Shown: positions 11,997 to 20,800 of the stretch, one piece after another
Position numbering within the stretch: the first letter of the stretch is position 1
How the letters are laid out: each line of letters opens with the position of its first letter
Translations under genes and position numbers: made by a program
Source of the DNA: Mayamaea pseudoterrestris
Taxonomy: Eukaryota
Direction: 5' to 3'
Assembly: GCA_027923505.1 (NCBI GenBank)
Contig: BROI01000030.1
Coordinates: forward strand, 248,001-303,049
Length of the DNA: 55,049 nucleotides
Notes under the pieces: generated by a model
What the model saw: only the letters and a program-made list of their open reading frames with translations
Told to the model about the DNA's origin: nothing
Database searches by the model: none

Positions 11997-14900
11997 CAAA
12001 TGCCACAGAATATTGCCAACATCATTATTCAAGCTGCCTACAAGATAGTATGCCTGGCTAGTGTTTCGGGGACAGCAATGATATTGAGTGACAACTTGTC
12101 ACCAGTCTCAGCCCGCCCAGATACCGTGACATTCAAGCTAGCAAGCCCTGTAGGTGCCCAAAATACACCAGAATGGTGCCAGCATCATTATTCAGCTCGC
12201 TACAGAGATTGATGGTATTCCTGGCTAGTGTCTCAGGGGGCCGGCAATGATATTGGTGACAACTTGCCACCAGTCTCAGCCTGCACATGCAGTGACATTC
12301 AAACGCCCCTACAGCAGGCCGTGGTGCCCAAAATACACCAATATTGCCAACATCATTATTCAGGCTGCGCTACAGAGATGGTATGCCTGGCTAGTGTCTC
12401 AGGGACAGTAATGATATTGGTGACAGCTTGTCACCAGTCTCAGCCTGCAGATGCCGTGACATTCAAATGCCCTACAGCAGGCCATGTATACACCCAGATG
12501 ACACCAGAATGGTGCCCAGCATCATTTTCAGGCTGCGCTACGAAGTGGGTATGCCTGGCTGAGTGTCATCAGGGGACGGCAATGATATTGGTGACAACTT
12601 GTCACCGGTCTCCAGCCTGCAGATGCCCCGTGACATTCAAACGCCCCTACAGCAGGCCATGTGCTTATGCACCCAAATGACACAGAATGGTGCCAACTCA
12701 CTATTCAGGCTCGCAGCAAGGTATTACTGGCTAGTGTCTCGGGACTGAGCAATGATATTGATGACAACTTGTCACCAGTCTGAGACTGCAGATGCGTGAC
12801 ATTCAAGACGCCCTACAACAAGCCATGTTGGTAACCAAAACATACCAGAATGGTGCCAACATCATTATATACAGCGCTGCGCTACAAAATGGTATCAACT
12901 GGATATTGTCTCAGGAGACAGCAATGCATTGGTGACAACTTGTCACCAATCTCAGCCCGCAGATGCCATGACATTCAAACGCCCCTACAACAGGCCATGT
13001 ATACACCCAAATGACACCAGAGTGGTGCCAACATCATTATTCAGGCTGCGCAACAAAATGGTTGCCTGGCTGTTGTCTCAGGAGACTGCAATGTATTGGT
13101 GACAACCTGTCACCAGTCTCAGCCTGCGGATGCCCTTGAGCCATTCAAATGCCCCTACACCAGGCCATGTCCACACCCAAATCACACCAGAATGGTGCCA
13201 ACATCTTATTCAGGTCTGCGCTACAAATGGTATCACCTGTAGTTGTCTCAGGGGACTGGCAATGTTATTGGTGACAACTTGTCACCAGTCTCAGCCCGGC
13301 AGATGCCGTGACATTCAATCGCCCCGTACAACAGGCCATGTGTACACCCAAATGACACCCAGAATGGTGCCAACATCATTATTCAGGCTGCGCTACAAGA
13401 TCGATATGCCTGGCTTGATGTCTCAGGGGACTGGCAATGATATTGGTGACAACTTGTCACCAGTCTCAGCCCGCAGATGCTGTGACATTCAAACGCCCCT
13501 ACAGCAAGCCATGTATACACCCAAATTACACCAGAATGGTGCCAACATCATTATTCAGGCTGCGCTACAAGATGGTATGACTGGCTAGTGTCTCAGGGGA
13601 CGGCAATGATATTGGTGACAACTTGTCACCAGTCTCAGTCTGCAGATGCCGTGACATTCAAATGCCCCTACAGCAGGCCATGTATACACCCAAATGACAC
13701 CAGAATGGTGCCAACATCATTATTCAAATTGCGCTACAAGATGGTATGCCTGGCTATTGTCTCAGGGGACAGCAATGATATTGGTGACAACTTGTCACCA
13801 GTCTCAGCCCGCAGATGCCGTGACATTCAAACGCCCCTACAGCAGGCCATGTATACACCCAAATAACACCAGAATGGTGCCAACATCATTATTCAGGCTG
13901 CGCTACAAAATGGTATGCCTGGATATTGTCTCAGGGGATGGCAATGATATTGGTGACAACTTGTCACCAGTCTCAGCCTGCAGATGCTGTGACATTCAAA
14001 CGCCCCTACAGCAGGCCATGTATACACCCAAATGACACCAGAATTGTGCCAACATCATTATCCAGGCTGCGCTACAAGATGGTATGCCTGGCTAGTGTCT
14101 CAGGGGACGGCAATGATATTGGTGACAACTTGTCACCAGTCTCAGCCCGCAGATGCTGTGACATTCAAACGCCCCTACAGCAGGCCATGTAGTATACCCA
14201 AATTACACCAGAATGGTGCCAACATCATTATTCAGGCTGCGCTACAAGATGGTATACCTGGCTAGTGTCTCAGGGGACGGCAATGATATTGGTGACAACT
14301 TGTCACCAGTCTCAGCCTGCAGATGCCGTGACATTCAAACGCCCCTACAGCAGGCCATGTATACACCCAAATGACACCAGAATGGTGCCAACATCATTAT
14401 TCAAGCTGCGCAACAAGATGGTATGCCTGGCTAGTGTCTCAGGGGACGGCAATGATATTGGTGACAACTTGTCACCAGTCTCAGCCTGCAGATGCCGTGA
14501 CATTCAAACGCCCCCACAGCAGGCCATGTATACACCCAAATGACACCAGAATGGTGCCAACATCATTATTCAGGCTGCGCAACAAGATGGTATGCCTGGC
14601 TAGTGTCTCAGGAAACGGCAATGATATTGGTGACAACTTGTCACCAGTCTCAGCCTGCAGATGCCGTGACATTCAAACGCCCCTACAGCAGGCCGTGTAG
14701 GGCCCAAATACACCAGAATGGTGCCAACATCATTATTCAGGCTGCGCTACTTTCCGAGGTGAACCGAGCTACACAGAATGTCATCAGGCTGCCTAGGTCA
14801 ATGCATGATATTGGTGACAACTTGTCACCAGTCTCAGCCCGCAGATGCCGTGACATTCAAAAGCCCCTACAGCAAGCCCTTAGTGCACCAAAATACACCA

Positions 14901-17143
14901 GAATGGTGCCAACATCATTATTCAGGCTGCGCTACAAGATGGTATGCCTGGCTAGTGTCTCAGGGGATGGCAATGATATTGGTGACAACTTGTCACCAGT
15001 CTCAGCCTGCAGATGCCGTGACATTCAAACGCCCCTACAGCAGGCCATGTATACACCCAAATGACACCAGAATGGTGCCAACATCATTATTCAGGCTGCG
15101 CTACAAGATGGTATGCCTGGCTAGTGTCTCAGGGGACGGCAATGATATTGGTGACAACTTGTCACCAGTCTCAGCCTGCAGATGCCGTGACATTCAAATG
15201 CCCCTACAGCAGGCCATGTATACACCCAAATGACACCAGAATGGTGCCAACATCATTATTCAGGCTGCGCTACAAGATGGTATGCCTGGCTAGTGTCTCA
15301 GGGGATGGCAATGATATTGGTGACAACTTGTCACCAGTCTCAGCCTGCAGATGCCAAACATTCAAACGCCCCTACCGTACAGCAGGCCATGTATACACCC
15401 AAATGACACCAGAATGGTGCCATGATCATTATACAGGCTGCGCCACAAGATGGTAAACCTGGCTATTGTCTCAGGGGACAGCAATGATATTGGTGACAAC
15501 TTGTCACCAGTCTCAGCCTGCAGATGCCGTGACATTCAAACGCCCCTAGAACAGGCCATGAGTATACCCAAATGACACCAGAATGGTGCCAACATCATTA
15601 TTCAGGCTGCGCTACAAGATGGTATGCCTGGCTAGTGTCTCAGGGGACGGCAATGATATTGGTGACAACTTGTCACCAGTCTCAGCCTGCAGATGCCGTG
15701 ACATTCAAACGCCCCTACAGCAGGCCATGTATACACCCAAATGACACCAGAATGGCGCCAACATCATTATTCAAGCTGCGCTACAAGATGGTATGCCTGG
15801 CTAGTGTCTCAGGGGACGGCAATGATATTGGTGACAACTTGTCACCAGTCTCAGCCTGCAGATGCCGTGACATTCAAACGCCCCTACAGCAGGCCATGTA
15901 TACACCCAAATGACACCAGAATGGTGCCAACATCATTATTCAGGCTGCGCAACAAGATGGTATGCATGGCTAGTGTCTCAGGGGACGGCAATGATATTGG
16001 TGACAACTTGTCACCAGTCTCAGCCTGCAGATGCCGTGACATTCAAACGCCCCTACAGCAGGCCCTGTAGGTGCCCAAAATACACCAGAATGGTGCCAAC
16101 ATCATTATTCAGGCTGCGCTACAAGATTATATGCCTGGCTAGTGTCTCAGGGGATGGCAATGATATTGGCGACAACTTGTCACCAGTCTCAGCCCGCAGA
16201 TGCCGTGACATTCAAACGCCCCTACAGCAAGCCCTGTAGGTGCCCAAAATAAACCAGAATGGTGCCAACATCATTATTCAGGCTGCGCTACAAGATGGTA
16301 TGCCTGGCTAGTGTCTCAGGGGACGGCAATGATATTGGTGACAACTTGTCACCAGTCTCAGCCTGCAGATGCCGTGACATTCAAATGCCCCTACAGCAGG
16401 CCATGTATACACCCAAATGACACCAGAATGGTGCCAACATCATTATTCAGGCTGCGCTACAAGATGGTATGCCTGGCTAGTGTCTCAGGGGATGGCAATG
16501 ATATTGGTGACAACTTGTCACCAGTCTCAGCCCGCAGATGCCATGACAATCAAATGCCCCTACAGCAGGCCATGTATACACCCAAATGACACCAGAATGG
16601 TGCCAACATCATTATTCAGGCTGCGCAACAAGATGGTATGCCTGGCTAGTGTCTCAGGGGACGGCAATGATATTGGTGACAACTTGTCACCAGTCTCAGC
16701 CTGCAGATGCCGTGACATTCAAACGCCCCTACAGCAGGCCATGTATACACCCAAATGACACCAGAATGGTGCCAACATCATTATTCAGGCTGCGCAACAA
16801 GATGGTATGCCTGGCTAGTGTCTCAGGGGACAGCAATGATATTGGTGACAACTTGTCACCAGTCTCAGCCCGCAGATGCCGTGACATTCAAACGCCCCTA
16901 CAGTAAGCCCTGTAGGTGCTCAAAATACACCAGAATGGTGCCAACATCATTATTCAGGCTGCGCTACAAGATGGTATACCTGGCTAGTGTCTCAGGGGAT
17001 GGCAATGATATTGGTGACAACTTGTCACCAGTCTCAGCCTGCAGATGCCGTGACATTTAAACGCCCCTACAGCAGGCCAGGTATATACCCAAATGTCACC
17101 AGAATATTGCCAATATCATTATTCAAGCTGCCCTACAAGATGG
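11997..17143 (-). repeat. Satellite A, subfamily A2, reverse orientation (~30 monomers)
   Basis: Reverse-complement monomer (…ctacaagatggtatgcctggctagtgtctcaggggacggcaatgatattggtgacaacttgtcaccagtctcagcctgcagatgccgtgac…) with a 169-bp period (ORF starts 15572, 15741, 15910). Ends abruptly at the LTR. Confidence 0.97.
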
Positions 17144-17472
17144 TGACACGATAATATCAGACGAACCTTTATTCCAGCGACTACAATGGACTAGGAGCGA
17201 TCAACCTCTTCGTCCAGCGTAAAGCAAACAAACAAACTCAATTGCTAGAATAGTGCATGTTACTCGCTACTCTACTCGTGCGCTTCCTTCTCGTTCTCAC
17301 TGGGTTCACGGTCGAGGTTCACGCCTCGATCGTCAGCGATTTCACTCATGTATGTGAGGATTCGGTCACAAGTGTGACTCAACCCTGCACAGGATTAAAT
17401 GCATACAAAACACAGGTAGCTAACCGTCTTGTCATGAGACGCAGGTCAACTCAACTCAATAATATTGTGTCA
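17144..17472 (-). repeat. 3' long terminal repeat (329 bp)
   Basis: Begins tgacacgataatat and ends ataatattgtgtca: TG…CA termini with a 12/14 terminal inverted repeat. It is immediately preceded on the minus strand by the PPT and has AATAAA 24 bp from its distal end. Confidence 0.88.
17168..17173 (-). promoter_or_regulatory. Candidate polyadenylation signal AATAAA in the LTR
   Basis: tttatt on + reads AATAAA on the element's sense strand, near the 3' end of the LTR. Confidence 0.55.
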
Positions 17473-17480
17473 TCCCCCTT
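17473..17480 (-). other. Polypurine tract (AAGGGGGA) abutting the 3' LTR
   Basis: tccccctt directly follows the LTR-terminal ca on +. On the minus strand it reads AAGGGGGA-TGACAC, the expected position of the plus-strand primer. Confidence 0.85.
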
Positions 17481-17483
17481 GAT

Positions 17484-17755
17484 CTAGGCTTGTGACAACG
17501 ATCGGTTTGCCGTATCACCCTTCCAGAAAAGAATCGGAATGATCAGGGGTCGGAACGTGGCATGCGGCAAGAACTTGGTAAGAACGTCGGCGACGTTCTG
17601 CCGAAGATGTGCTCAAAGTACAGAACATTGCTTGCAATGGCCTCGCGCACAGTGGTAGGCGGCGCATTCGCGTCGCTTAGAAAGTGTGGAGTGCGGATCG
17701 CTGTTATAATTTTTTCACGAAACCAGGTGGTTCTCCCCAAGTATCGGAAATCCAA
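17484..17755 (-). pseudogene. pol: Frameshifted C-terminus of copia Pol, RNase H domain
   Basis: Manual minus-strand translation across frames gives LDFRYLG (from 17,755), PHSTLSKR (17,696-17,673), then AYH and VREAIASNVLYFEHI (V at 17,650), then QNVADVLTKFLPHATFRPLIIPILFWKGDTANRSLSQA* (17,600-17,484). AD-x-(L/F)-TK is the conserved terminal RNase H motif of Ty1/copia. The frameshifts may be sequencing errors. Confidence 0.88.
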
Positions 17756-17856
17756 ATGTTCGCGTTGGAAAGATAGAGGGATTCAGGAAGAAAACGCCAG
17801 TAGTGTAATCATGGTACAGGTTCTCATAAAGGAAGTTAGTTGCACAGGCTTGTGTG

Positions 17857-20800
17857 TTTGGTGTTGGCCACACCAATTTTGCAGATGGGAAGGTGTAGGC
17901 CTAGGCAGTCAGTTTTGTGCCATTTCAGCCATCCTCACATGTCAATGGCACATCCTGTTCGCCTGACTCATTGGGTTACATTTGGTGAAAGCCAGGGCAT
18001 AGGGCTTTGTAGTGTTATGATTCCATAATTTGGGGTGTTGGCCCACACCCATCTTGTAGACCACTCATTCCATGCTGTAGGCCTCCAGGCAGTCCCATTT
18101 TGTACCATGTCAGACCATCCCTCATGTCAATGGGACAATTTTCTGGGCACATGTTTTGGCATGATCATTGGGGTTTTTGGGTGATCAGGGGCCACGGGGC
18201 ATTCTTAGTGGTATGATTCCATAATTTGGGGTGTTGGCTTACAACATTTTGCAGATGGTGTAGGCCTCTAGGCAGTCCGTTTTGCACCATTTCCAGCCCA
18301 TCCCTCTATGTCAACGGCCCACCCTGGCATCTTTGCTTGTGTTGGGTGGCCCAAGGGCAATTTAGTGGTATGATTCCATAATTTGGGGTGTTGGCCACAC
18401 CATCTTGTGGCACCATTCCATGCTGTGGGCCTGAGGCAGTCCGTTTTGTACCATGTCAGACCACAATCCCTCATGTCAATGGCAGCACCCTGACTTGTTT
18501 TGCATGACTCATTTTGGGTGATCAGGGACGGCGTATGCAGTAGTGATTCCATAATTTTGAATGTTGGCCACCACACACCTTTTTTGCTGAATGGTAGGTC
18601 GCCTCCAGGCAGTCGTCTTTTGCACCATTTCAGCCCATCCTCCTGTCAATGGCCCCACCCTGGACATGTTTTGACCTCAATTGGGTTGTTGGGTGGCCAG
18701 GGCCCAGGGGCAGCCAGGGCTTGTATATAATTGGGTGTCCAGACCCATCTTGTAGACCTTCATGCTGTAGGCGCCAGGCAGTCCGTTTTGTACCATGTCA
18801 GACCATCCTCATGTCAATGACACACCCTGGACAGTTTGGCATTTTGACCATGATTTGGGTTGTTGGGTGATCAGGGGCGGACGGGAATGTGTGCTATTCG
18901 TGTTTGGGTGTTGGCCACCCATGGGTGGCCATCTACGGTAGATGGTATGCGTTTCCAGGCAGTCCGTTTTGCGCCATTTCTTGGCCCCTCCTCATGTCAA
19001 TGGCACACCATGACATGTTTTGCCTGACTCATTGGGTTGTGGGGTGGCCGAGGCATGGGGCATTGTAGTGTGTTGATTCCATAATTTGGGTTGTTGGCTA
19101 CACATCTTGTAGACATTCCCTTAGGCCCTCCAGGCAGTCCGTTTTTGTACCATGTCAGACCATCCTCGCATGTCATTGGCACACCCTGGACATGTTTTGC
19201 AGACTCATTGGGTTGTTGGGTGATCAGGGACGGGCATTGTAGTGGTATGATTCCATAATTTGGGGTGTTGGCCACACCCATTTTTGCAGATGGTGTAGGC
19301 CTCCAGGCAGTCCGTTTTGCACCATTTCAGCCCATCCTCATGTCAATGGCACACCCTGGACATGTTTTGCCTGACTCATTGGTTTGTTGGGTGCCAGGCA
19401 TGGGGCATTGTAGTGGTATGATTCCATAGTTTGGGGTGTTGGCCACACCCATCTTGTAGACCATTCCATGCTGTAGGCCTCCAGGCAGTCCGTTTTGTAC
19501 CATGTCAGACCATCCTCATGTCAATGGCACACCCTGGACATGTTTTGCGTGACTCAATGGGTTGTTGGGTGTAGATGTCGGTGGGCATTGTAGTGGTATG
19601 ATTCCATAATTTGGGGTGTTGGCCACACCCATTTTGCAGATGGTGTAGGCCTCCAGGCAGTCCGTTTTGCACCATTTCAGCCCATCCTCATGTCAATGGC
19701 ACACCCTGGACATGTTTTGCCTGACTCATTGGGTTGTTGGGTGGCCAGGGCATGGGGCATTGTAGTGGTATGATTCCATAATTTGGGGTGTTGGCCACAC
19801 CCATCTTGTAGACCATTCCATGCTGTAGGCCTCCAGGCAGTCCGTTTTGTACCATGTCAGACCATCCTCATGTCAATGGCACACCCTGGACATGTTTTGC
19901 ATGACTCATTGGGTTGTCGGGTCGTCAGGATCTGGGGCATTGTAGTGGTATGATTCCATAATTTGGGGTGTTGGCCACACCCATTTTGCAGATGGTGTAG
20001 GCCTCCAGGCAGTCCGTTTTGCACCATTTCAGCCCATCCTCATGTCAATGGCACACCCTGGACATGTTTTGCCTGACTCATTGGGTTGTTGGGTGGCCAG
20101 GGCATGGGGCATTGTAGTGGTATGATTCCATAATTTGGGGTGTTGGCCACACCCATCTTGTAGACCATTCCATGCTGTAGGCCTCCAGGCAGTCCGTTTT
20201 GTACCATGTCAGACCATCCTCATGTCAATGGCACACCCTGGACATGTTTTGCATGACTCATTGGGTTGTTGGGTGAGCAGGGACGGGGCATTGTAGTGGT
20301 ATGATTCCATAATTTGGGGTGTTGGCCACACCCATTTTGCAGATGGTGTAGGCCTCCAGGCAGTCCGTTTTGCACCATTTCAGCCCATCCTCATGTCAAT
20401 GGCACACCCTGGACATGTTTTGCCTGACTCATTGGGTTGTTGGGTGGCCAGGGCATGGGGCATTGTAGTGGTATGATTCCATAATTTGGGGTGTTGGCCA
20501 CACCCATCTTGTAGACCATTCCATGCTGTAGGCCTCCAGGCAGTCCGTTTTGTACCATGTCAGACCATCCTCATGTCAATGGCACACCCTGGACATGTTT
20601 TGCATGACTCATTGGGTTGTTGGGTGATCAGGGACGGGGCATTGTAGTGGTATGATTCCATAATTTGGGGTGTTGGCCACACCCATTTTGCAGATGGTGT
20701 AGGCCTCCAGGCAGTCCGTTTTGCACCATTTCAGCCCATCCTCATGTCAATGGCACACCCTGGACATGTTTTGCCTGACTCATTGGGTTGTTGGGTGGCC

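Larger units (their letters stand above)
17144..17855 (-). mobile_element. 3' terminal fragment of a Ty1/copia LTR retrotransposon (RNase H end + PPT + 3' LTR), 5'-truncated
   Basis: Read on the minus strand, the order is copia RNase H motifs, stop codon (17,486-17,484), purine tract AAGGGGGA, then TG…CA LTR. RNase H as the last domain before the PPT is the copia gene order. The stretch 17,756-17,855 is unassigned noisy sequence. Confidence 0.9.

Noticed and set aside
1..17143. CRISPR-like array suggested by the regularly spaced palindrome
   Set aside because: The intervening sequence is itself repeated rather than unique spacers, the period is 169 bp, and there are no cas genes.
17144..17472. 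Alternative reading as a MITE or solo LTR because of the terminal inverted repeat
   Set aside because: The adjacent PPT and RNase H sequence show it is an LTR still attached to internal sequence, and there is no flanking target-site duplication on the right.
17257..17966. Plus-strand ORFs 17257-17487 (hydrophobic, signal-peptide-like start) and 17562-17966
   Set aside because: They lie antisense to the LTR and RNase H, and the second runs into satellite B. The minus-strand copia reading explains the region.
19722..19728. TGACTCA (AP-1/GCN4-type site) in every B monomer
   Set aside because: A single 7-mer multiplied by tandem amplification. There is no gene context or other evidence of regulatory function.
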